A stretch of 64,000 nucleotides of DNA from an uncultured Bacteroidaceae bacterium. Lineage in GTDB: Bacteria > Bacillota > Clostridia > Christensenellales > CAG-917. The stretch spans positions 3,536 to 67,535 of the forward strand of contig CAZRHE010000007.1 of the NCBI GenBank assembly GCA_964599875.1. Direction: 5' to 3'. How positions within the stretch are numbered: position 1 is the stretch's first letter; every line of letters starts with the position of its first letter. Both the position numbers and the translations under genes were made by a program. A model generated the notes under the pieces. The model had not been told where the DNA came from. It saw nothing but the letters and a program-made list of their open reading frames with translations, and did no database searches. Shown here piece after piece: positions 53,764 through 62,141 of the stretch.

Positions 53764-54754
53764 TATTTTCCTCCGATTCGGAATTTCCGTCGGTATTATT
53801 CTTTCGTCTTTCTTCCGCCACCTCGTACGCCTTGATTATGCGAGAAACGAGTTCGTGACGGACTACGTCGCGGTATCCAAGATGCACGACTTGTATGTCC
53901 TTAACGTCGGACAAAACCTCTATCGCGTCTTTCATACCGCTCGTCACGTGGCGGGGTAAATCTATTTGAGTTATATCCCCCGTAACCACGATTTTGCTAC
54001 CCTCTCCCATACGGGTGAGGAACATTTTCATTTGCTCCTTCGTCGTGTTTTGCGCCTCGTCGAGAATGATGAAACTGTTACTCAACGTGCGCCCGCGCAT
54101 ATAAGCAAGCGGTGCGATTTCGATACTTCCTCTCTCGATATATTTCATATATCCGTCCGCACCCATCATATCCTGCAACGCGTCGTATATGGGACGAAGA
54201 TAAGGATCCACTTTCTCCGCAAGATCGCCGGGCAAAAATCCGAGTTTCTCCCCCGCTTCGACTGCGGGACGAGTGAGAATAATTCTCTCCACATCGTGAT
54301 TTTTTAGCGCGTACACAGCAAGCGCGACCGCAAGATAAGTCTTGCCCGTCCCCGCGGGGCCGACGCCGAAAACGATTTTGTTTTTGCGAATTGCGTCCAC
54401 GTATTCCTTTTGCCCGAGGGACTTAGGGCGTATCACTTTGCCTTTCGAGGTGATTGCCACCGTACCGAGCAAGTCGTTGATAGACGCCGTCCGACCGCCT
54501 TTCACCATGTCTATAATCATGCAAATCTGTTGCGTGGTGAGGGATTCTTTCTTCGACAAGGACAGGATTGCGTCGATTGCGGAAATCGCGTCCGCGACGT
54601 CCTCGTCCTCTCCCGAAATCTTCATCGCCGAACTGCCCGTGAATATCTTCACCTTGAAGGCGTCCTCTATACGCTGAACGTTGCCGTCCAGTTCTCCGAA
54701 CAGCGTAAACAAAGATTCGTAATCGTCGAAATGCTTTTCTCTTGTCACTTTCAT
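53756..54754 (-). CDS. phoH: PhoH-family ATPase
   Basis: 332 aa with Walker A GPAGTGKTYLAVA and the DEAQN box. Confidence 0.9.
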   Translation of the reverse strand: MKVTREKHFDDYESLFTLFGELDGNVQRIEDAFKVKIFTGSSAMKISGEDEDVADAISAIDAILSLSKKESLTTQQICMIIDMVKGGRTASINDLLGTVAITSKGKVIRPKSLGQKEYVDAIRKNKIVFGVGPAGTGKTYLAVALAVYALKNHDVERIILTRPAVEAGEKLGFLPGDLAEKVDPYLRPIYDALQDMMGADGYMKYIERGSIEIAPLAYMRGRTLSNSFIILDEAQNTTKEQMKMFLTRMGEGSKIVVTGDITQIDLPRHVTSGMKDAIEVLSDVKDIQVVHLGYRDVVRHELVSRIIKAYEVAEERRKNNTDGNSESEENND

Positions 54755-55941
54755 TTATCTATGCGTCCCTCCGTAACGACGGTGGAAGTCACTACGTATC
54801 CGCCGTCCGTCCTTTCCGCTTTATCTTCTCTCGACAGAATCCGCCCCGATATCTCTTCCACAAGGGAAGAATATACCGCGTCTTTCATCTCGTCTTCGGT
54901 GAGAGAATTGCTTTTTTCGGTGGTTATTATTTCCCGATACGTCCATTCGTAAATCACGAACGGAATAAGATTGTCGTTTTTTATCCGAGAAAAACTCAAC
55001 TCGTAATTCTCGTAAGGGGATTTCGGCGCTTTGGGTTGCGAGCCGAAAAAGCCTATTCTTGAGAATTTCTTTTCCCGCCCTTTTGCGCTTTCAAGATAAG
55101 TATCCGCAAAAAAGCGAGTTTTTGTCACAATCCTTTGTCCGTACACCTCTCCCGACGCCGTCGTCGGAATCCTGTCCTCTCCGTGAAGATAGTATCCGCC
55201 GATAAGGGAGTCCCCCGCCTTGACCGCGTCCCCGACTTCAACTTCCGCCGTGCCGCCGAAAACGATTATCCTCGTCACCACGGAATCCGCTTTCGACACG
55301 ACTTCTCCGCCGTCCGCAAAAAGCGGTGTTTCGTCTTGCTCGTAGCACACTCGAACGCGCACGCGCGTGCCGACTCTCTCTATAGACGCAAACGCAACTC
55401 CGTCAAGGGCGGACAATTCTTTCGTCAAACCGTCCTCGTCGAAAGAGAAAAGCAACTTCCCTTCCGATATGCCGTGCGCCGACAACACCGCGCTCACGTC
55501 TGCGGACAATCCCTCACCGTCGATTTCGACGACGAAGAAAGAATAAACGGTCAAGACTGCGATACATATTGCAGTGCCGACGATTATTCCCGCCCGCCTT
55601 AAAATTGAAAAAACGCGCGCAAAAACGCCTTTTATCCATTTTATTTTGTAATTATAGCACAAGTCTTCCAACAATGCAATAATCTTGTCGCAGTCTTTTG
55701 ACGGGACGGAAAACAATAGTTTTCCGCTCGCGTATATAGGAGCACTCGCAACCGTGACTGCCGAAAGTTTGTTAAGCAGGGAATCGACGGACACGGTTTC
55801 AACCTCGAAAAACACGGACGAAAACGGAGGTATTTTCTCTTTGTAGTCGTTGTTTTCAGATATTCTACGCCCCTCTTTTTTATGTGCGGAAGGATTTTTC
55901 TTTATCTTTTTTTCTCTGCGTTTTTCCCTTTTATTTTTCAA
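54751..55941 (-). CDS. yqfD: sporulation protein YqfD-like
   Basis: 396 aa. Its position between yqfC and phoH matches Bacillus. One central TM helix. Only a TTG start is available at 55941, since there is no in-frame ATG in the first ~150 codons. Confidence 0.65.
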   Translation of the reverse strand: MKNKREKRREKKIKKNPSAHKKEGRRISENNDYKEKIPPFSSVFFEVETVSVDSLLNKLSAVTVASAPIYASGKLLFSVPSKDCDKIIALLEDLCYNYKIKWIKGVFARVFSILRRAGIIVGTAICIAVLTVYSFFVVEIDGEGLSADVSAVLSAHGISEGKLLFSFDEDGLTKELSALDGVAFASIERVGTRVRVRVCYEQDETPLFADGGEVVSKADSVVTRIIVFGGTAEVEVGDAVKAGDSLIGGYYLHGEDRIPTTASGEVYGQRIVTKTRFFADTYLESAKGREKKFSRIGFFGSQPKAPKSPYENYELSFSRIKNDNLIPFVIYEWTYREIITTEKSNSLTEDEMKDAVYSSLVEEISGRILSREDKAERTDGGYVVTSTVVTEGRIDK

Positions 55942-56185
55942 AAGTTATCCCTCCGATTTCCCCTTTTATATAGAGATTTCCGCCACCGATTTCGACTACG
56001 TTCAAATTCACTCCAGAAACGACTATCGTTTTCTTTTTGACTTTGATTTTTATCTCTTCGGATTTTATCGAAACCAGCCTTCTAACGCCCTCGATAAGCA
56101 CGCAGTCCTCCCCTAAAACGAGTACGGAAAAAGCGCACGCAACGTCTTCTATTTTAAACTTTTCAACGACTTCGTTTATAAACAT
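55931..56185 (-). CDS. yqfC: YabP/YqfC-family sporulation protein
   Basis: 84 aa; ..CVLIEGVRRLVSIKSEEIKIKVKKKTIVVSGVNLNVVEIGGGNLYIKGEI is the YabP-like pattern. Synteny also supports the call. Confidence 0.7.
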   Translation of the reverse strand: MFINEVVEKFKIEDVACAFSVLVLGEDCVLIEGVRRLVSIKSEEIKIKVKKKTIVVSGVNLNVVEIGGGNLYIKGEIGGITFEK

Positions 56186-56270
56186 ACGAAAGTATATGAT
56201 TTTAAGTAAAAAATTATGTTAAACGCAAATGGTGCGTGCGTAATCCCAAAATCTCGTTTGTTGGAATATT

Positions 56271-56319
56271 GTGCCGTTCCCGGAGATTCTTCGTCGTTCT
56301 ACGAACTCCTCTGAATGAC
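56271..56319 (-). repeat. repeat module P2, copy B (inverted relative to copy A)
   Basis: GTGCCGTTCCCGGAGATTCTTCGTCGTTCTACGAACTCCTCTGAATGAC. A related half-unit GTCATTCCGAGCGG at 56347-56360 faces it head to head. Confidence 0.8.
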
Positions 56320-56615
56320 ATTTTGGCAGGTATACTTACTTTCTCTGTCATTCCGAGCGGACACAGGGGCATCCCCACTGCGAAAATAAGCCAACGGCAA
56401 CACGTAATAGCACTTTGTTGAGAACAGGCGCTAATTTTCGCAGAAGGGGGAAAAGGAGCAAGGTTCGGCGCATAAAGCCCTCGTAAGAGGGCATAGCGCA
56501 AAGTGCCTTGTGACGTAATCTCGCGGAAGCGAAACGTAACTTATACTCGCATTAATACAATCGGGTGCGGGTATCCCGCCCACACCTATTACCTATTCAC
56601 TATTACTTCTTACCT

Positions 56616-56662
56616 CTCGTGTTCCGTCTTCGAACGAGTAAGTGCTTATATAAGAACGCTCC
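56616..56662 (+). repeat. repeat module P1, copy B
   Basis: CTCGTGTTCCGTCTTCGAACGAGTAAGTGCTTATATAAGAACGCTCC; compare 42308-42353. Confidence 0.8.
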
Positions 56663-56673
56663 GAATTGAGAGT

Positions 56674-56704
56674 AAAAAATAGCACGCCCGAAAGCGTGCT
56701 TTTA
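56674..56704 (-). terminator. rho-independent terminator after dnaB
   Basis: Minus strand reads AAAAGCACGC-TTTCGG-GCGTGCT followed by ATTTTTTAC. Confidence 0.8.
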
Positions 56705-56720
56705 ATAAATCAAAATCAAA

Positions 56721-58265
56721 TTAGAACGGCAGGTCTTCGTTCTCGACGGCAAGCATATCGTCGTCGTCAACGTATTCTTCGTCATCTTCATCCTCTACGT
56801 CTTCGGGCTCCGCCGTAGGAGCGGCAAAGGGAAGGTCGGGAGTTTCGATGATTTTGGATGATTCTTCCTGCGGTGCGGATTCGCCTATAAGTTCGGGCGG
56901 ATTCACGACGGTACCGTCCTCTTCCATTTCGCGGAAAGTGGTGGTTTCGCCGCGCCAGTTTAGTTTTATATCCCCAGTCGAACCGCTTCTGTTCTTCTTT
57001 ATGAGGAGCAAGATTTCGTCTTTTGGCAAATTCTCGTCCGCTTTAGAGGGATCGTGCAAGAACATGACGACGTCCGCGTCCTGTTCGATTGCGCCCGAAT
57101 CACGCAAGTCGCTGAGTTGAGGAAGTCTGCCCCCTTCTTTTTCGACGCCACGCGACATTTGCGAAAGTGCGATGATAGGCACTCCGAGTTCTTTTGCATA
57201 AACCTTGAGTTGACGGGACATCATGCTGACGTCGTTTTGTCTTGACTCCGACGAGCGACCTCTCGACTCCGCCTCCATAAGTTGCAAATAGTCGACGATG
57301 ACAAGGTCAAGCCCTTTTTCGCGTTTCAAACGACGGCATTTAGACAAAATGTCCGACGGATGATTCATCGCATAGTCGTCTATGAAAAGTTTCGAAGCAA
57401 GGAGTTTGTTATATGCGGCGATAAGTTTTCCGCTATCCGCGTCCGAAAGTTGTCCGCGCACGTCCATACTGTCGAAAGTAACGCCCGAAACGTAAGCAAG
57501 CATACGTTTGACAAGGGAATCCGCGGTCATTTCCATGTTGAACACCGCAACCGTCTTCCCTGCCAAAACCACGTTGGACGCAATATTGAGCGCAAGTGCG
57601 GTTTTACCGACGGACGGACGAGCGGCAAGGATGATAAATTCACCGGGTTTCAGACCTTTGGTCATCTTGTCGAAACGCTTGAATCCCGTGAAAACGTAGT
57701 CGGTCGGCGTATTGCCCGCTTGTGCGTTTTGTATGTTGAGCATAGCGGTATATAGCGCGTCGCTTGCGTGCACCAACGCTTTATCGCTTGTTTCCTCCGA
57801 AATTCTGAATATGAGTTGCTCCGCCTTGTTGAGAGCGTCTTTGCCCTCTCCGCATTCGTAAGTAAATTCGACGATTTCGTTGCCGGCGTTTATGACTTTT
57901 CTCGACAGCGAATCGCGTTTGATGATATCCGCATAATATTTCGCGTTTGCGGCGCTAGGGAGTTTCTCGGTGAGCAAACTCAAATATTCAATCGAGCCGA
58001 CTTCGTCGAGTTTGCCGTCTTTTTCGAGTTTATCCGCAACGGACACGGTATCTATCGGTTTGGAATTTTCCTGCAACTCGCGCATGACCGTGAAGATAAT
58101 TTTGTTTGCAGGCACATAAAAATCTTCCGCACGAAGCATGGGAATGATGAGGTCCGACGCACTGTCGTCGATTAGCATCGCGCCCAATACGCATTCTTCG
58201 GCGTCGATATTGTTCGGCATCATGCGAACGACTTTTCTTTCTTGTTTTTTAGACTTTTCCGCCAT
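56721..58265 (-). CDS. dnaB: replicative DNA helicase (DnaB family) with a ~65-aa acidic C-terminal extension
   Basis: 514 aa; N-terminal PNNIDAEECVLGAMLID, Walker A ARPSVGKTALALN, and a RecA-like core ending near ..ETTTFREMEE. The tail is ..ETPDLPFAAPTAEPEDVEDEDDEEYVDDDDMLAVENEDLPF. Confidence 0.9.
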   Translation of the reverse strand: MAEKSKKQERKVVRMMPNNIDAEECVLGAMLIDDSASDLIIPMLRAEDFYVPANKIIFTVMRELQENSKPIDTVSVADKLEKDGKLDEVGSIEYLSLLTEKLPSAANAKYYADIIKRDSLSRKVINAGNEIVEFTYECGEGKDALNKAEQLIFRISEETSDKALVHASDALYTAMLNIQNAQAGNTPTDYVFTGFKRFDKMTKGLKPGEFIILAARPSVGKTALALNIASNVVLAGKTVAVFNMEMTADSLVKRMLAYVSGVTFDSMDVRGQLSDADSGKLIAAYNKLLASKLFIDDYAMNHPSDILSKCRRLKREKGLDLVIVDYLQLMEAESRGRSSESRQNDVSMMSRQLKVYAKELGVPIIALSQMSRGVEKEGGRLPQLSDLRDSGAIEQDADVVMFLHDPSKADENLPKDEILLLIKKNRSGSTGDIKLNWRGETTTFREMEEDGTVVNPPELIGESAPQEESSKIIETPDLPFAAPTAEPEDVEDEDDEEYVDDDDMLAVENEDLPF

Positions 58266-58854
58266 ATTTACCCCTTTTGACGAGGACTACGACCACGACT
58301 AAAATCATAGCCGCGGCAATTCCCGCCGTCAAACCGTACCACGAAGAAGAGTGCGCGTAATCTCTATATAGCCGAAATTGAGTATCAGCCTTGAAGATTT
58401 CCTCGGAATGAACGTATTTTCCGTTCCTTTCCGTCAGGACGCCGTCGCTTTTCGTGGATTTGTAGATTGTAGCATAGTCGAAGACTATTTTCAAGTTCGA
58501 GTAGGTTTCGACTCCCAAGTTTGCGCCATATTGCGCAAGGAAGTTTTCCGTTGCACTAAATATCGCTTCTCCGTCGAATGAAAACGTATATTCCACCCTA
58601 TCGTAAAACGCGTTTTTTCGCGATACGGATACGGTGCGAAGAGTTTTAACTCCGTCGAGAGTTTTTTCGGATTCTTCCGCCGTCGGAGAAATACGCACGA
58701 TAAGAGTGCCGTCGACGACGTCCGCCGAATCGACGTTAAGAAAGTACGAATATTCCGCGCCGTCGTCCACGCTGTCGCAAGCGGACAGCGTGAGAGTTAA
58801 TGCGCAGACGAGTGCTATTAAAACCGCTATTCTAAATGAGTTTTTCAAGTTCAT
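58249..58854 (-). CDS. hypothetical lipoprotein
   Basis: MNLKNSFRIAVLIALVCALTLTLSAC is a signal peptide with lipobox, and there is a C-terminal TM helix. ATG 58854; the track start at 59022 lies inside pepF. Confidence 0.6.
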   Translation of the reverse strand: MNLKNSFRIAVLIALVCALTLTLSACDSVDDGAEYSYFLNVDSADVVDGTLIVRISPTAEESEKTLDGVKTLRTVSVSRKNAFYDRVEYTFSFDGEAIFSATENFLAQYGANLGVETYSNLKIVFDYATIYKSTKSDGVLTERNGKYVHSEEIFKADTQFRLYRDYAHSSSWYGLTAGIAAAMILVVVVVLVKRGKYGGKV

Positions 58855-60610
58855 CGAGAGTGGAAGAAAATTCCGACACGGCTTTAAGATAAGGTGCGTC
58901 CGTTTCAAGATCGACGTCCGCAAGGCGCAAGATATCCAGAGGCGCCATACTGTCCCCCGCCGACAAGAACTTGCGATATTTGTCGAAATATTCCTCGCCG
59001 TACGTGAGGATATTATCCGCAATGGTCACCGCGGCGGTTATGCCCGTCGCGTACTTATACACGTAGAAACTCGAATAGAAATGCGGAATCCTTGCCCATT
59101 CGTAACGGATGAGGTCGTTGTGATTGACCGCCGTCCCGTAATACTTTTTGTTAAGTTCGTAATACGTATCAGAGAGTACGTCCGCAGTCAAAGGCTCGCC
59201 CTTCTCCGCCATGTTGTGTGCGATGACTTCGAATTCCGAGAACATGGTTTGTCTGAACATAGTCATGCGGAACATATCGAGATAATAGGACAAAAGATAC
59301 TTTCTGAAATCTCCTTCCGCCGTTTTGAGAAGGTGCTTAAGAAGGAGCACTTCGTTGACCGTAGACGCGATTTCCGCAAGGAAAATCTTGTAATTCGCCT
59401 TTTCTTTAGGCTGATTTTTATCCGAATAGTAGGAGTGCAAGGAATGTCCGAGTTCGTGCGCTATGGTGAACAAATCGAACGTTGTTGGAGTGTAGTTGAG
59501 CAACACGAAAGGATGCACGCCGTAGCAATCCCAACTGTACGCACCGCTCTTCTTGCCCTTGTTTTCGTACACGTCTACCCAACCGCTTTCGAATGCGGAC
59601 GCAAGGATATCCGAATACTCTTTGCCCATGACTTTGAGTGCGTCTTTGACGAGTGCGACCGCCTCGGGATAATCCATAGACAGATTTTGCGCTTCCACGA
59701 TAGGCACGCTCAAGTCGTACATATTGAGATCTACGCCGAGAGCGCGACGACGAAGCGCAACGTATCTATGCAAGGATTTAAGCCCGCCGTTGACCGCTTC
59801 GAGAAGTTTCTCGTAGCAAGTAGAGGGCACGTTTTCGCCGTACATAGCGTAATCGAGAGAGGATTTGAAACCGCGGATTTTCGCAAAGAACCAATCCTTT
59901 TTGACGTTGCCCGCATAGTTTGTCGCAAGCGTGTTGATGAAGTCGCGATATGCGCCGAACATACTCTCGAAAGCGCGTTTTCTGTTTTCCTGCACCTCGT
60001 TTTGCAAGAGTACGCCGTAATTGCCGTGGCTCATTTCGACCTTCGTGCCGTCCACGAGTTCGACGGGTGCGAATTTGATATCCGCGCAATCGAACATGGT
60101 GAAAATTTCCTCGTTGTTGCCTGCAAACGAGCCCATTTCGCTCAACAATTTTTCCTCGTTTTTGCTGAGGATTATATTCTTATCTCTGATGAGTTCGTCG
60201 AAAGTCACCGAAAAGTCCGCAAAGCGTTTGGATGAACCCAGTCTTTTGAGTTCGTCGACGGGAAGGCATGTGAGTTCGGGAGATATATATGCCCCTATCG
60301 AACTGTATCTGACCATAAGATTTTCCGCTCTGTCCGCCATACCCTGATAAAGACCTTCTCTCGAATCCTCGTCGCGGCGAAGTCTTGCATATTGATAAAG
60401 TTTCATAATGTCATGCACAAGACGACTTGACAGGGACAGACACTCGAAAATCGTATCGTCGTCCGTCAGTTTGCCATTGTAGGAGGCAAGTTTGGGGATA
60501 AGTTCTTCGGTTGCGAAAAAACTCTCCTCCCAACTCTCGGTATCGGGGAAAATATCCGAAACTTTCCACTTGTATTCAGATGGGATTTCACTGCGTTGTT
60601 TGACTTCCAT
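58832..60610 (-). CDS. pepF: oligoendopeptidase F (M3B family)
   Basis: 592 aa with the HELGHSLH zinc motif. GAGGTG RBS. Confidence 0.9.
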   Translation of the reverse strand: MEVKQRSEIPSEYKWKVSDIFPDTESWEESFFATEELIPKLASYNGKLTDDDTIFECLSLSSRLVHDIMKLYQYARLRRDEDSREGLYQGMADRAENLMVRYSSIGAYISPELTCLPVDELKRLGSSKRFADFSVTFDELIRDKNIILSKNEEKLLSEMGSFAGNNEEIFTMFDCADIKFAPVELVDGTKVEMSHGNYGVLLQNEVQENRKRAFESMFGAYRDFINTLATNYAGNVKKDWFFAKIRGFKSSLDYAMYGENVPSTCYEKLLEAVNGGLKSLHRYVALRRRALGVDLNMYDLSVPIVEAQNLSMDYPEAVALVKDALKVMGKEYSDILASAFESGWVDVYENKGKKSGAYSWDCYGVHPFVLLNYTPTTFDLFTIAHELGHSLHSYYSDKNQPKEKANYKIFLAEIASTVNEVLLLKHLLKTAEGDFRKYLLSYYLDMFRMTMFRQTMFSEFEVIAHNMAEKGEPLTADVLSDTYYELNKKYYGTAVNHNDLIRYEWARIPHFYSSFYVYKYATGITAAVTIADNILTYGEEYFDKYRKFLSAGDSMAPLDILRLADVDLETDAPYLKAVSEFSSTLDELEKLI

Positions 60611-60618
60611 TATTCACC

Positions 60619-62106
60619 TCAATTATTGAAAAGATTGTTATCCGCAAATTCGGGCTCGCAAGTGAGATATACGCCGAGTTTTCGGAAAGGATTTTCATCC
60701 GCTTTGAAAAGCATATGCGAAGAATGTGCCTCACAGTTTTCAAGGCGTTTAAGTTGTTCTATCGCTTTAGACGCATTGGCGTCGGTGGCGGCGCAAACGG
60801 AAAGCGCAAGCAAGGCTTCTTCAAGAGAAAGCGGAGTGTGCTTTTCGTGCAAAATCTTTGTTTTAAGGTCGAGAATAGGCCCTATGACGACGGGAGAAAT
60901 GAGTTTCTTTTGGTCGTCTATGCCCGCAAGTGCTTTGACCGCGTTGAACACCGCCGCCGCGGACGCAGACATAAGTTCGGACGTTCTGCCCGTGATAATC
61001 GTGCCGTCGGGAAGTTCGATTGCGACCGCGCCTTTGTTATCGTTTTCCTCATTCTTTTGAAGAGCGGGAGCGACCACTTTTCTGTCGGCGATTGTGATTT
61101 CAAGACGGGACATCAAAAATTCCAATCTCTCTATCGTACTGGGTTTTGCGGTGCCGTTTTTGTAGTCGCATTTCGCTTTGTAATAGCGGCGAATGACTTC
61201 TTGTTTGGACGCCTCGCAGCACGCCTCGTCGTCGGTTATGCAGTAGCCCGCCATATTGACGCCCATATCCGTCGGGGATTGATAGATAAAATCGTTGCCC
61301 GTAATCTTTGCGAGTATACTTCTGACGACGGGGAAAACCTCGATATCGCGGTTGTAGTTGACCGCGATTTTGCCGTATGCTTCGAGGTGGAAGTTGTCGA
61401 TTTTGTTGACGTCTTTGAGATCCGCCGTCGCCGCCTCGTACGCAACGTTGACGGGATGATTGAGCGGAATATTCCAAATCGGGAAGGTTTCAAACTTCGC
61501 GTATCCCGCTTTGATTCCCCTCTTGTATTCATGATAAAGTTGGCTAAGACAAGTCGCAAGTTTTCCGCTGCCGGGACCGGGAGCGGTGCAAACCACGAGA
61601 GGACGAGTGGTTTCGATATACGGATTCGCGCCGTAACCTTCGTCGGACACTATGGTATCGATTTCGTGGGGATAACCTTTTGTCGGGCGGTGGATATAAA
61701 CCTTGATTCCTCTGTTTTCGAGTTTATATTGATAACTTCTCGCCGCCTGTTGATCCGCAAACATGGTGATGACTACGCAGTTTATGTAGATGCCCATAGA
61801 GGAAATATTGTCTATCATTCTTTCTACTTCACTTCCGTAGGTAATGCCGTAGTCCGCGCGGATTTTGTTTCTTTCGATATCGTTTGCGTTTATGCAAATG
61901 ATGAGTTCCGCTTTATCTTTAAGTTTTTGGAGCAGTTTGATTTTTGCCGCCTTGTCAAACCCGGGCAAAACTCTTGCCGCGTGCAGGTCGTCGAAAAGTT
62001 TTCCGCCGAATTCAAGATAAAGTTTGTCGAAATGGCTGATACGCTCGAGTATATGCTCGGACTGTTTCTCCATGTAGAGATTTTGATCAAAACCGATTTT
62101 GTTCAT
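60619..62106 (-). CDS. DUF1846 (UPF0371) family protein
   Basis: 495 aa; the N-terminus GFDQNLYMEKQSEHILERI..LYLEFGGKLFDDLHAARVLPGF is characteristic of the family. Confidence 0.8.
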   Translation of the reverse strand: MNKIGFDQNLYMEKQSEHILERISHFDKLYLEFGGKLFDDLHAARVLPGFDKAAKIKLLQKLKDKAELIICINANDIERNKIRADYGITYGSEVERMIDNISSMGIYINCVVITMFADQQAARSYQYKLENRGIKVYIHRPTKGYPHEIDTIVSDEGYGANPYIETTRPLVVCTAPGPGSGKLATCLSQLYHEYKRGIKAGYAKFETFPIWNIPLNHPVNVAYEAATADLKDVNKIDNFHLEAYGKIAVNYNRDIEVFPVVRSILAKITGNDFIYQSPTDMGVNMAGYCITDDEACCEASKQEVIRRYYKAKCDYKNGTAKPSTIERLEFLMSRLEITIADRKVVAPALQKNEENDNKGAVAIELPDGTIITGRTSELMSASAAAVFNAVKALAGIDDQKKLISPVVIGPILDLKTKILHEKHTPLSLEEALLALSVCAATDANASKAIEQLKRLENCEAHSSHMLFKADENPFRKLGVYLTCEPEFADNNLFNN

Positions 62107-62141
62107 AATATATCTCCAAAAAATTTAATTCATTCGTGGAT

